A stretch of 63,064 bases of DNA, filler included, from Octopus bimaculoides (Eukaryota), in the NCBI RefSeq assembly GCF_001194135.2. It is 3 parts of 3 records of this genome, joined end to end, with 100 filler letters (N's around TTAATTAATTAA, not from the genome) between each part and the next. Parts side by side here need not be neighbours in the genome. Positions count along the whole stretch, not along the records: positions 1 to 19,473 come from NC_068981.1; positions 19,574 to 49,319 come from NC_068983.1; 1 more part is not named here. One strand, given 5' to 3'. Positions 12,025-25,689 of this stretch are shown here, in pieces (within the stretch, counting starts at the first letter, position 1; each line of letters begins with the position of its first letter). The translations under genes were made by a program, and so were the position numbers. The notes below the pieces were generated by a model that was not told the origin of the DNA, did not search any database, and was given only the letters and a program-made list of their open reading frames with translations.

Positions 12025-13048
12025 AGATCCGAGAGTTGGATGAGTCTAATGGTGGCAGTTCGGAAAACTCACTCTGATCGTTCTCAGAACTCCTGAATTT
12101 ATTGGTGAGATCCAGGCCATGATTGACAACGATCCCTTCAAGTTAATCAGGTCTATTGCCAGGGACATGGGAGTGCCTGAGTTTTTTTACAAGTCACGTA
12201 GCATGAAGACATTCGATATTCCTCATACAGGATGAGAAAGGGCCAATTTTTATCCCAAGCTATCAAGGACAAGAAAATAGACCGCGCTACGAAGCTTTTG
12301 AACAAACTCAAACATCCTCTCCAATCGAACATGCTTTGGTTTTTCTCAGACGAGAAAAATTTCTGCCAGAATCAGATGGTGAACACTCAGAACAACCGTT
12401 GGCTTGCCATGTCCCTAAAACATGTATCGCGAGTGATAAGAACCAAACATTCAGTCAACATTATGGTATTTGGAGAGATCAGTAGTGATGGCGACATTAT
12501 GCTTCTATTCATCTTCCCACACGGCCTCAGACTCAACACGGAGGCCTACATCAAGTTCCTGGAGGAGGTAGTGCTGCCCTGGGTCAAAGGGTTGGCTGCT
12601 GGAAGACCCTATTTCTGGCAACAAGATTCTGCACCATGCTGCACAAGCAGTAGAACCCAGTCATGGCTGTCAGACAATTTCTGCAACCACATCACCCATA
12701 ACATCTTGTCACTTAAATCCCTAGATTGCAACCCTCTTGATTATTATGTGTGGGGTGCAGTTGAGCGAAAAACCAACAAAGTTCCTTGCAACACCAAAGA
12801 ATATTGAAGACAAGGATTATGGCAGTATTCACCAGCTTAACTAAGGAGACCGTCCAGAAAAGTTGCAGGAGTTCCGAAGTTGTCTGGAGGATGTGGCTGA
12901 AGCCAATGGCGATTTTATTGAAAATATTTACCCTTTAGTATTTCAAGATATTTTTATGTAATTTTGGTAAATATATCTGTTAAAATAAGATATCAGTGTT
13001 ATTTTCATTTTTGCGTAATTTAGTCGACAAAATATTCACTGCACCCTG
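12025..13048 (+). mobile_element. maT-family (DD37D) Tc1/mariner transposon, 5'-truncated
   Basis: ORF 12232-12807: FSDEKNF...QQDSAP...(37 aa)...DCNPLDYYVWG; right end ...GCACCCTG followed by TA. Confidence 0.85.
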
Positions 13049-13054
13049 TAGATA

Positions 13055-15541
13055 AAAACGGACGATAATTAGTTTGTAGTCGAGAATTTCTGCCGTGTAA
13101 ATATCCTTGAAATATTTTTACGGCAAAAATAATCGCTAGAGCTTCTTTTTCAAACTGGTTGTAATTTCTTTCTGCAGGTAGTAGCGAACGTGAGGCATGA
13201 ACCAGGTCTTCATGTCACCAACTTCGTATTTATGTAGCAATATTGCTCCGATATCCTAATCACTAACATCTGAATCTACTACAATCTCCACTGCAGGATC
13301 GAAATGTGCGAAAGACAAATCAGATGTTAATATTTTTAAAATTTCGTCGAACGCCTTCTGACAATTTTCAGAGTAATTTTACTTTACATCTTTTTTTAAT
13401 AGTTTATTTAGTGGAGCTCTTGTGCATATTCGGTATATAAATTTGATAATAGTTTGCAAGTCCCAAAAATGCTTGTAAGGCAGATATATTTGCCGGAAGG
13501 CATATTTTTAATCGCATCTGCCCTCGACGCATCTGGTCGGCGACAATTTTTATCAATAATTTGTCTTAAATACTTAATTTTAGGTAAGAACAATTCAGAT
13601 TTCTCCTCAGTGTGAAATCATAATCTCTTATATTTTCAAAAGCACATTTTGCATGCTCGACGCGCTGATCACTGGATTCACTTTTAATTAATATATGATG
13701 CAGGTAGGCCATAACGAAATAACACTCTGAAAGCATCGTATCCATCACTTTTATGCCAAACGGAAGCCGGTTAAATTTGTACAGACTTTTATGGGTATTA
13801 ATTGTTAGAAGTTTGGTACATTCGTCTTTCACTTGTATTTGTAAATAAGTACCGGAAAGGTCTAATTTCGCGAACAATTTACCACTATTTAGTTTCGAGA
13901 AAATTTCCTCTGGGTTAGGTAATGGTTAGTTATACTGTCTTAAACACACGTTTAATCCTGTCGGGAAGTCTGCACATACTCGCATTTTATTGTTCTTTTT
14001 AACATACACTGTTGGAGATATCCAATGTGAGGAATCGATCTTTCCAATCACTCACATTTTTTCCAGTCTGTCTAATTCCTTATTCACTTATTCTAGTGCT
14101 GCAAACGGTATATTACGTTTGGGTCTGAAAACTGGTAAGGAATTTCTTTTACCTGAAATTTGGCTTTAAATTTATTGCACCGACTCGACTCGTCCGAAAA
14201 AACATCAGTGAACAACCTTTTCACTTCTTTTTTTTTTTTTAATTTTCCGACTCTGTATTTGAACTGGTGCACGACCCCATTGCATGTTTACAAAAATTAA
14301 TGGGTAAATCCTATAAGTCGAACAGTTCCATCCAGATAGTTCCAAAAAGATTGCTTGTATTTCTTAATATGCTTGTATTTTTTTTCACTTTTATAGTTTT
14401 ACCGCGAAATATGACGTTACAAATAATTTCACTTTTAAAAATTAATTTAGTTTCTGAGATTCCAAGTGCAATTTTCGATGTTTTCTGTAGTGTAGCTTTC
14501 CCGATTTTTTCCATGTATTTTCATTAATTAAAGTTTTGTCACTACCTGTATCTAACTGTACTTTTACATTTGTATAATTAATTTTTACATACACAAATTT
14601 TCTTTGAGTCTTGTTTGTATTTCTTGTCACCGATAAACTATTTACATGACTTTTTTTTCTGTTGAACCGTTTCCTAGGTTTTATTTTACAGTGTGAAATT
14701 TTTTTATGACCTATGTTACCACACTTTAAGCATTTTCGATTTTTATAAGGACAGTTGAATCTGTAGTATATATATGAGCAGTTTCTTACTTCAATTTGTT
14801 CCGTATTGTGCCTTCGGTTTATTATTCTCGGAAATTCTTCACATATTTCTTGTGTTAGCTTTTGATTCTGCTCTAATTTAGTCAGAATACGGTTACGAAT
14901 TTCCGCGTCTTTCTTTACCTTTAAAACTTGCATGAAAATTAAACATTTAAACATGTCTGGTGTTAATTCATTAATTTTCAATCTCTCGCATTCCCTATTA
15001 GCGATTCCAGCGTATATAATAAAATCTTCGTCCTCTTTTTTGTAATAATCATGCATTGCCAGTGCGTATTAAATAAAGAGCTTTTTTTCGCTGAAAACTT
15101 TAGATAGAATATCCACAGTTTCTTCGAAACAAACCCCACCCGGTCTCTTTAGTAATATATAATTGCAATATTTTTCATGTTCGTCGGGTGCCAACTTTCT
15201 CAACAAAAGGCGGGGTTTTTTCGTCTTGTCGGCCGGAGCATTCTTCTTTAAAAATGTTTTCATATCTTCTAAAGTAAACAGGAAAGGTAGTATCCTCATC
15301 TGGGTTATATGCAAATTCACCGATGGAGTTTGCAACTGTATCAGGGGTGAACGAACTCGATGCATTTTCTGTTTTGTTGTATTAACATTTGCTTTTGCAT
15401 CTGCAATTCCAACAACTGCTGTTGTTGCTGTTGCTGTTGATGTTGTTTTTGCAGTTTCAGTAATTCAGTTACCGAAGCTAGTAAATTTTCCATGTTGGAA
15501 CAATCTGTTCAGCATGGATTCGAATATCTCGTCGCCAAAAA
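13055..15541 (-). mobile_element. Ty3/Gypsy LTR retrotransposon relic (gag, protease, RT, RNase H; integrase not seen)
   Basis: PBS TGGCGACGAG at 15537-15528; gag with CLKCGNIGH knuckle; protease QLDTGSD; RT FAKLDLSGTYLQI..YKFNRLPFG; RNase H ERNYNQFEKEALAIIFAVK. Confidence 0.85.
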
Positions 15542-15740
15542 TGTTATGACGACGATGTGTGCAACGATAGGTGTAAGAATAGTATTACCCAAATAAATAT
15601 TTGGATATGTTTATCTAGAATAACCTGTCGTAGAATTAATATGTTCACACAGAACGCACTCCTTACTACTCCAAAAGTAGTTACGATATTAAACTAACAC
15701 AGTAGCTAAAACGGATGATCAACGCTGTCAATTGATTCTT
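15542..15740 (-). mobile_element. Probable 5' LTR of the Gypsy element (outer boundary uncertain)
   Basis: ...ATAACA end sits immediately before the PBS; no matching 3' LTR found. Confidence 0.4.
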
Positions 15741-15912
15741 TTATTAAGCACTCAGGCTTTTACGAATGAAAAAGGGAAAAATGTTATATAATAATAAAAA
15801 AATGAAATGGCTGCATGAGCCCCCATTCTCATGCAGTACCATTTTAACGTTTTTACGCACATTTTATAATCTTTTCTTTTCCTTAAAAAAAAAACAATTT
15901 TACTTACTTTTT

Positions 15913-17500
15913 TTAATATCTCATAAATGGTTCCAGTTCTCTTAATTCCACCACCGGCGACAGTTCGTCAAACTCCCCCACAACTCCCGGTGGATCAATG
16001 CCCCTTCCACACATTTCCTTTAACCTGTTATATCTGTCTTTATCAATTACAATAGCCTTCACATTTTCCGAGTAAATATCCGTAGGCAACTTAACCCTTA
16101 TAATAGATTTTAACTTCGTTATCTTTCTTTCAGTTGCTGTGTTCTTAGCGTATGTAACGAAATTCCACCTGTGCTTTTTCGGCTTTCTCGCTTGTTTACC
16201 TTTTCCCTGCTCCACTCTTGGCGCCTTCTCTCTATATTTATCCTCCTGCATTTTCGTTAGTGTCGCTGTCTCATCTTCATGCTGTTGTCTTTCTACACCA
16301 CCTAAATCTTCCCCCTCCACTGTCTGTTCCTCGAGCTCCTCCTCGAGCTCCTCCTCGAGCTCCTCCTCGAGCTCCTCCTCGAGCTCCTCCTCGAGCTCCT
16401 CCTCAAGCTCCTTCTCAAGCTCCTTCTCAGCCACCTACTTAAACTCCTTCTCAACCTCCTTCTTAACATCCTTTTCAACCTCCTTATCTGCTTCTTTTTT
16501 CTTTTTCTGCCTTTCCGGCGGAGAGCTTATTCTTTCGTTTCTTTTTCGTTTTTTAACTACTGTGAATGCTTCCTCTGTTATTGCCGTCTCTTTCACATCA
16601 TCCTGTACCACTTTGTCCACCTTCTCCTGCTCTTCAGACTGTTCCATCTGTTGTTCCTCCTTTTCTTTCTGGAGCACCTCGCCTTCATATGGCCTTTCTC
16701 TCCACATAAGTAGCATATGGGAGGCCTACCCTCCACTACCACTATCAACCTTACATCCTCGGGTAAAATTACTTCCTCTGCAATTTTGTTTAGGTCACTT
16801 AAACTTGCTTGTATGGCCATCTCTATGCCATAACCCCCCAATTCAACCTTTTAGTTCTCGTCACTCTCAGTATTTTTACGGCTTCCTCCATGTTGAACAT
16901 TATCACTGCAACTAACCATGTTTCGTTTATTTCCGGTGGTACTTTTTCTCCTCTCACCCAGGCAACACGCTTTCCACAGTATGTTGGCAAAAGTACCCAC
17001 TCTTCCGTCTTTATAGCTTTATTGCTTCGTCTTCAGTTGCGAATAGCACCTCAATTGTGCCATACTTTCTTCTTGTGATGAACGTGATGAACTTTTTCAC
17101 TTCTTTTAGGCACTCTTCAATGGCTTCGATAGTTGCGATTTCAATTTTTCGGGATGACACTTTCAGTGTTTTGTATATCACTGTTCTCTTTTTTACCCTA
17201 TTTGTTAGTTTATCTAGTGGCGTTAATTTTAGGTTATGGCCTTCTTTTTCCAGTAACTTTTCGCACACTTTTAGCTTCTTTGGTTCTACTTTTACTTCGC
17301 GAACCTTCAAAACATCCGAGTCAACTCCTCTGCCGCATAACTGTGGCCCTCTGCTGGTCCAATTTCCATTTTTCTTCTCTTCTCGGGTTCCCCCATAAAT
17401 GGGAAGGAAACAACCACAAATCAACAAGCTCGTATGTAAAAATAGTAACAGCAATTTCAGCAATCAATAACCGTAGGTACACCCATGAGGGGAGATCTTT
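15913..17500 (-). mobile_element. Frameshifted LINE ORF1 (gag-like, CCHC knuckle, acidic repeat), probably L1/Tx1-like; no ORF2 follows
   Basis: KRTVIYKTLK..RKYGTIEVLFATEDEA..VVVEGRPPICYLCGEKGHMKARC; (EEEL)n from a 12-bp repeat at ~16328-16430. Confidence 0.6.
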
Positions 17501-17752
17501 AAACAAATAATTAACAATATGACTCACGTCTAACAGGATCAAAAATGATTTAACAGAACAGAAAACAACGGTGTCAACTACTGACAGTTGAGAAAGTTTC
17601 TTTATTTTATTGAAAATGCATTAGTCTACTCTCAGTCACGTGGGGGTGGTCATGATCCTTACACAACAAAAACACAACATTACACATGGGAATACTTTCT
17701 GAAAGCTCAACAAAAATAAAAGCTGCTTTCATAACACTGTGTAACAAAATTT

Positions 17753-17791
<39 letters not shown>

Positions 17792-18539
17792 CTTATTGTC
17801 TTTGGGCAGTAAGTGTTATTTCCTATTTGCTACTATCTAGAAATCAAAGGAAATGACTACTATTCCCATTAAACTTTGATTTTGTCACCTGGATATCAAT
17901 GTTTTGAAATTGACACATTTTCCATTACATTTCAAACAGATTCAATGCTGAGTTCTGATGAAGAAATATCATTATAGCAAATATTCTGCTCAATACTACA
18001 GATAATAATTCTACGTAATGCTTAATAGAAACTCAGATACTTTACGTTGAAATAATTAATTACAGATTTATTTTATATAATAAACTCTTCTACAGCAATT
18101 AACTTCATTATATAATAACTGAAAAATTATTATACTCAACAACATATCCAACTACCGGTGACCTCACAGGATAATTAGAAAAATAAAAATTACAGAAAAG
18201 ACAACCAAACTTTTATTTATTATATTAAACACTTTTATAGGGATTAACCTTATTATATAATAATTGAAGAATTATTATAATTAATAATATATACAATTCT
18301 TGATTTCGGTGGATAACTAAAGAATAAAAATTACTGACAAGAATTCTACGTTATACTTAATTGAAGCTGAGATACTTTACATTGCTATAATTAATTAATT
18401 ACTCATTATATTAAACACTTTAATAGGAATTAACCTCATTATATAATAATTAACTAAAAAATTATAATAATTAATAGTTGAAATATTTGAATATCTTTCT
18501 GAATTTATGGCAACAGCTTAAAGTTAAGTGCCCATTGAA

Positions 18540-19340
18540 ATTTTATAAAATTAATTTAGAAGTAATTATAAAATATAATTCTTCGAGGCACAAGTAGAAT
18601 TACCAATATTATACGCTGGTGCATATGTAATAATGGATCACTTTAAATCATATTTAATATTCTTATCCTTTAAATTCCAAATGCGCTTACAAAGATTAGT
18701 AGAATTACATTTTCTTCTGTATTGAAAGGAATTAGAATGATTATAAAATCTAGACTGCCAACTAGTAGAATGATGTCTAATTATGGATTTGTTCACTAGT
18801 AAATTACTCTCATAGTTATAAGAATTTCTACTAGAACCCATCTGTAAAATAGGTGTGAAGGTTAGAGTACAATAATTATTAATATTAGAATTAATATTAA
18901 TACAAAGTAAAAGACTAACTATATTATGAGCGTTTTGATCAATTATAGAATCTAAATCCTGTTCCGGTTGATTATCAATAACGTTAATTTCACCATGCAT
19001 ATTATCAGTTCTACAATTATTTATATAGCGTGGGGCAGAGAGCATGGATGTTTTTGAAAAATTCACAAAATCTTTAATCTGAGCTACAAACAAACTTTAT
19101 TGTTATCAATGTGTTTGTATTGAATTAACATTTGTTAAAATCAAGTGTGCGAAACAACATTCATCATGTGGTGTCCGTTTTAACTCATGCACTTCTGAAG
19201 GCGTTCTTGAAAGTTGGCCTTCACTCTTTCCAGTATTTCTCTGTGGATAGTTCCATGGTTTCAACTGTTGTCTAATAACCAATTCATACGGGGGAAATGC
19301 AGGTCTTCGTGTAAAATATGCCTGACCGTTCGATGCCACG
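18540..19340 (-). mobile_element. Penelope-like element, GIY-YIG C-terminal relic
   Basis: WQSRFYNHSNSFQYRRKCNSTNLCKRIWNLKDKNIKYDLK*SIITYAPAYN resembles PLE endonuclease (FK.RY.NH..SF...NST.LS..IW.LK..I.Y...W.I). Confidence 0.6.
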
Positions 19341-19473
19341 TTCAGTGGAATACCTCCGAGCAGAGCAATTCGGACTCCGTATCAAAGCTTGTCTGACTCG
19401 TAACACTCGCAGGCAAACACGCGATGCTCTATCATCCACAGTGCTATGGCTTCAATATATATATATATATATA

Positions 19474-19573
19474 NNNNNNNNNNNNNNNNNNNNNNNNNNN
19501 NNNNNNNNNNNNNNNNNTTAATTAATTAANNNNNNNNNNNNNNNNNNNNNNNNNNNNNNNNNNNNNNNNNNNN
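19474..19573. other. Artificial scaffold linker 44N-TTAATTAATTAA-44N
   Basis: Exactly 100 bp; six-frame stop spacer; identical to 49320-49419. Confidence 0.9.
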
Positions 19574-19624
<51 letters not shown>

Positions 19625-19865
19625 GACAAAGTATGATGGGAAAGTATCGGGACTGGTATAAAAAGAAAACTACAACACATCAAGTCAGCATTTATTCTCC
19701 TTCGAAGTAACTCACTGAAACCTCGCACATTGTCTAGCGTCATTTCCATTAACGGAAGCATTTCTGGAACTTCTTTTTCTGGTGATAACGAGCAGCTACG
19801 TCGTCGAACGCTCTTGGATTTCCTCAACGTCTTAAAATCCTTTCACGTGAGATTTCATTTTTGGA
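19625..19865 (-). mobile_element. Mariner transposase 3' end fragment
   Basis: KGF*DVEEIQERST...EVPEMLP..W..W..C..YFEGE-like C-terminus. Confidence 0.55.
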
Positions 19866-20201
19866 AAGATTCTTAGCCGTAATAGCCATCAAACTATGTC
19901 TCTTTGCATGTACACGCGCACTCCCTCTCTCTCTCTGTCTCTCACACACATACACACACATATTTTCTCTGCTGTGGTCACTGATTGACCGGACCCTCTG
20001 TGGTGCAGTGAGACGGATACACTCTACACCCTTTACTTCAAAGCACTACTATAAACAGCGGAAGTTAGCAAGAACGTCATAGCTTAGTGTGCATGCGCGA
20101 TAGTATTCAAAGTCAATCTGTGCCAAGCGGCTTAACTCTATGTACTTTAGTTCCATTGCCATAGCAACAGTCCCGATACATTTTGATCAGATCTCGTGTG
20201 T

Positions 20202-20237
<36 letters not shown>

Positions 20238-20304
20238 CGCGCGCGTATTTGTGTATGTGTGTGTATGGATGTATATATTTATATTTATATATGATGTGTG
20301 TATG

Positions 20305-20343
<39 letters not shown>

Positions 20344-21618
20344 GGTTTAGATATAGATTCAAGGCTTGAATATGGTACTTATGCGAAGGCACCCGAATAT
20401 CACATCCCAACAGGATGGGTGATTAAAAATCAAATAATAAGCAACACGGATTTCAAAAGTGATTGCAGTACGCACGTTTCATGCTACTTCAATTTATTTA
20501 AGTAATGTGAGCATTACCTTAAATGCAATATGAAGAGCAATCTTCAGCTGCACGTATATATATATATACATATATACATTTATATATATATGTGTGTGTA
20601 TGTATGTATATAAATGAATGTATGTATATCTAGGCAGTTGCCTCGCCTACCTGAAATTATGTCTTTTTTCTGGATATATAACATGTACCTGTAATATTCT
20701 GCTTGATTCTGTCACCTATGTTCGTTCTGTATATAATTTGAATCTTCTCTCGAATCAAAAGGCGTACATACTACCGTGAATTGTAATTATTTACGCATCT
20801 ATTACATATACATATATTATATTGTGCATTGCTTTATTTTCTGCTGTCTTAGGACACATTTTTATGTCTGCTTGCAAATATATTAGCAATATATTAGCAA
20901 TAAATGTATAAATAAAATGAATTTACTGAAAAATTTTATATATTTCGTTAATGTTCATTTGATTTAAAATGCGTTCTTTAATTTTACAGCTCGTAAACTT
21001 GTACGTATTGTTTTACATAATGTAAAAGTCACGTTGTACGCTTAAAGGAAGATCTTTATATGACAAATATTATAATGTTATTTCTTCTTATAATGTTATT
21101 TCTTCTTATAATGTTATTTCTTCTTATAATGTTATTATAATGTTATTTCTTCTTGTTTCTGCAATCTGTCTGTTTTTGTCCGTGTGTTACGCCTAGGGAG
21201 TTAGTAAGTTGAATGGCGGAAGCTGTATATAGGGGAGACAAAAGGGGAAATGTAAACAGGGGAATCAGTGAAAAAAAAATAGAAAGACAAAACACGAGGG
21301 AAAGAGAGCGGGGAGATGGAAAGGTCTACATTATTCTGCATTTGTGTGTTCAAAGCGGGGGCACAATCGAAATGTTTGACATAATGAAACAATGTCATGA
21401 AGATCTGTAAATGAATGCATTAAAAGATGTATTAATAGATAGTTAAATTAAAGTGAAATCACCTTAGCAAATAGCTGTGGATGTTACACTTCTAACTTTT
21501 AAGAGTTATTAGGTTTAACTGTTTTTCGGTATCATGAGAACAGACAGATACAAAGATCGGCAGAAAGGAGAGTAGATATAATAGATAATTTGATAGGCAG
21601 GTAGACAGAAAGACAGAC

Positions 21619-21666
<48 letters not shown>

Positions 21667-22665
21667 GTAGATAGATATGTGAGTTTACACACATCTCAAT
21701 AGATATGCAAACAGAGAGACATATTAATAGATATACAAATAGATTGGCGAACTGAACTGAAATGAAAATAATCGCCATTGGCAAATAACTTGAACTGAGC
21801 CTTGGTGTTAGCGAAAAGTGCTTTATCTTTTCAATTCATCTTTATTTCCTTAAACTATAAAATACATAATATTTGTCAAACACATTAAAAGAAGGTAAAT
21901 AAGCAATACCTTTTTAAGTTCATTTCAATTATATTTAAAAATACAGTTTTGCTTAAATGGCAGGATTTCAAAAGAACGTAGTGTTTAATATATTAACGTA
22001 GTGTTTTCAAATATACTGACTTATACGGTGGAATTTCCTCGGGTCCAGCTAGTAAAGAATGCTTGTTGAATTGCAGTAGTATATTCGTAACATAGTGAAT
22101 AATGAACGGAGGCGGCAACTAGGATTTCTAATCTGAGATCACCTTAAATTTGCTATTTGTATCTGTGTAAGCAAGCTTCCTTTCAGCGCACATACACATA
22201 CACGCGCGCTTGCCTATACACACTCGTTTGTCTTCAGTAGTAAATTTTAAAACCATAATGTTCTCTACTTTTTTTGGTACAAGTGTGGGTCTTATGCCTG
22301 CTGGAGTGAAGGTAGGACAACTGTTGTACGAATGACGCCTAAAGGGACAAAAACGAGTGTCCATAGTTACGGTTGTCGTATTTTTACTATTTCATAAAAA
22401 AGGAAATACTCTTTTCCTTAGTGGAGTGTCTATTCTGAAAAATCTTGATCCTTGAGATTGTCTCGCCTCATTCGGAGTCAGCTGTGATTGGAAGCAGTCG
22501 TTTGTATACCGGCTCTTGAAGCAAAGATAATTTCAATAAATTTAGACCTTATTTTTTGTATAGTATATAATATATGTATATTTATAGGAAAATTTTAAAA
22601 TCAAAGATCAAAACTATAAATTCAAAAAGGTCTTTACTCGAGTTAAAAATAGCTGTAGAGCAAGT

Positions 22666-22799
22666 AGCTGTATTTTACAGATTTAATGTTTTAGCAATGA
22701 AACTCCGCTTACACTAAGTCAACAGCTCATCTAGAGGTGAGCTGTTGATCTAGTGTAAGCGGAGTTGCTTTGCTAAAACGTTATCTATAAAATACAACT
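22666..22799. repeat. 134-bp near-perfect hairpin (2-nt loop)
   Basis: 22666-22732 inverted with 22735-22799; core AACTCCGCTTACACTA / TAGTGTAAGCGGAGTT. Confidence 0.9.
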
Positions 22800-24123
22800 T
22801 TCTATATTTATTTGTATATTTAAATCGTTTCTAATGACGGAGCCCGAAATAGATAATGGTATAAATAATAGCTTGTAAACATTGGGTTAAAAGCCCTTGG
22901 ATGGAAAAAGTGAAAGGCAGCCTTCAACTTTTTTCCATCAAAGGAAGGCTATTATTCACAGCCTTACCTACTTCTAGTTTCACTGTTAAAAGCAATTCGA
23001 GGTTTCTAAATGCTATTGATGTAAAAACTTATGTATTTTGCTTAACATGGATATACTGCAAAAAGCCAGAAAACTGCTGTCTATTTGCGACAGCAGTGAT
23101 TTGTTAATCATTGTTTTTCTATATCAGTAGAGGCTACATTTGGCAAAGTATGTGGTCGCTAGTGGATTCATGCTATTGATGCCATTCAAAGAAGTCTCGA
23201 ATTAGCGATTCCGCTGCTTGGTACTTTTCGTCTGCTACTGACATGCTTCTGTGTTTTTTTAGCACTATACGTCTATACGAGATTCTTTCTTGAGACAAAT
23301 ACCGCAGTTTTGTGGCTTTCTACAAAATACTCAATTTGTGTAAGATATACAGAATTGTGTTTTGAACTAAAACTGCTTCCGTTGCTAATAACGATTTTAT
23401 GCATTTATTTATTTAAGCTAATTGATCAATTTACAGACCGTAAAAAGAAAAACCCCGAAGAACACAGCGAAGCTAGAACTACTGATAGACAGTGAATAAA
23501 TAAACGAATCGAGATAATTTATACTTGGTAAACAAGACATCCCCATAAGGGTATGCAACTATACAAATTATCAAAAAGATGATCTCTGTGATGCAGATAT
23601 ATAAATAAATAGTCTCACAGCTGAATTACTGACGAGTGTTCGTAGTACAGCAAAAGAAAGATTATTGTCACGCAGAGTAGGAATGTCTAATTCTCTTTCA
23701 TGTCCTTTTTATTCCTGTGTATACATAGTTTAACAGAATAAACAACAAAATCTGTGTTGTTGCTGGTGATGAGGGATGTAGTGGTGTTGGTGTGGTGGCC
23801 ATCTTCTGTTTCAAATGATATATCTAGAACTGCAATATCTAGTGTATTCTATATATAAATAAAATAATAGTATGGAGTGAGTTAATGCGAATTTGACAGC
23901 GTTTCCAATAACCTCATCACCACCACCGTTATATACATACTTGTACATACATATGGATGTATGTATCTCTCTCTCTCACACTCTTTCTCCCCTCTCTCTC
24001 TCAATCTTTCCCTCTCTCTCAATCTTTTCCCCACTCTCTCAATCTTTCCCTCTCTCTCAATCTTTTCCCCTCTCTCTCACACTTTCCCTCTCTCACTCAC
24101 TCTTTCCCTCCCTTTCTTTCTCC

Positions 24124-24157
<34 letters not shown>

Positions 24158-24341
24158 NNNNNNNNNNNNNNNNNNNNNNNNNNNNNNNNNNNNNNNNNNN
24201 NNNNNNNNNNNNNNNNNNNNNNNNNNNNNNNNNNNNNNNNNNNNNNNNNNNNNNNNNNNNNNNNNNNNNNNNNNNNNNNNNNNNNNNNNNNNNNNNNNNN
24301 NNNNNNNNNNNNNNNNNNNNNNNNNNNNNNNNNNNNNNNNN

Positions 24342-24396
<55 letters not shown>

Positions 24397-25689
24397 AATA
24401 AAATGAGACAACAAAGCCAAAGCTGTGTGGAATTTTCGGGATATTTATAAAGAGAAAGTTAGTCTTACAGCTGTTTCTAGGATATTCGGGATACCCCTTC
24501 ATCAGAGACGATGTAAGATGGTTACATAATGAGAAATAGTAGAGTTCAATATAAGGAGTTATTTTGGAAAAGGATGGAGATAAGAAGCATAAAGGGAAAT
24601 AAGAAAATAAAAATAAAAATATATGTAGGATGTTATAGCTGCAGTTCCATTATCCAAGGAAAGCGGTGTGTAGAAGTGGTAGAAATGCTTCTTGTCCGAT
24701 ATTTTTTCATCGCAAATGGAAAGTGTGGTGACGTAGATTCCATGTGCTGTTCATTCAAAGAGATCTTGTGGTGCGAATGAAAGTTTGAGAATGTAGTGGT
24801 AGTATTAAGTGGATAGAGAGGGGGAGAAGAGATATGTCTGTTAAAATGAAGAGAGAAGTCAAAAGAAAAGGTGAGAAAAGAAAAAGGAAAGAAAGAGGAA
24901 GAGAAAATGAAAACGTGTAAGGAAGTGAAAAAATGTGAAATAAGGAACGTTAGTTGGTGGTCAAGATATTATGAAGGGGAATGAGAAGGAGTGGGGGAGG
25001 GTAGGAAAAGATAAGAATGTAAAAGAATGTAAGTAATGAATATATGTGAGGTGGGTGATATGTTAGAATGGCATCGAGGGATGGGTTCAGAAAAAGGTAT
25101 AGGAGGGATGTTTTCTAAGGTGAGTGGTAAACCACAAATTGGAAGGGAAGAATACTAAGAATGATCAAGTTTCTATAAATAGACTTATGTGTTTATTCTA
25201 CTGGTTAATGTGATAGTGTGGGTCGAGGAATCAGAGAAAAGGAAAGGAAGACGTGTATATCGATATATGCGCGCACGCATGGGCATATATGTGTGTGCTT
25301 ATGCATTATCATACAGGCCTGCATGCTTGTGTATTTAAACCCAAACGCATGCATATATATACACATACGCACACATACATATACACGTACATACATATAC
25401 GCATGCATGCATGCACGCACATGCATATACAAACATACATATACATACATACACATATATATGCACACCCGTGCATAACCGTAAATACATGCCTATACGT
25501 ATATACGGACGCACATATACACGCATACATGCACACGTACACACACACACACACACACATACATATACATGTACACACGTACATACATCCGCATACATAT
25601 ACATATGCATGCCCATATGTGTAGTATTAAACAATTAAAATAAGATTGGAGAGTTAAAAAATTAATGAAAAGTCAAATAGAGTTGTTGG

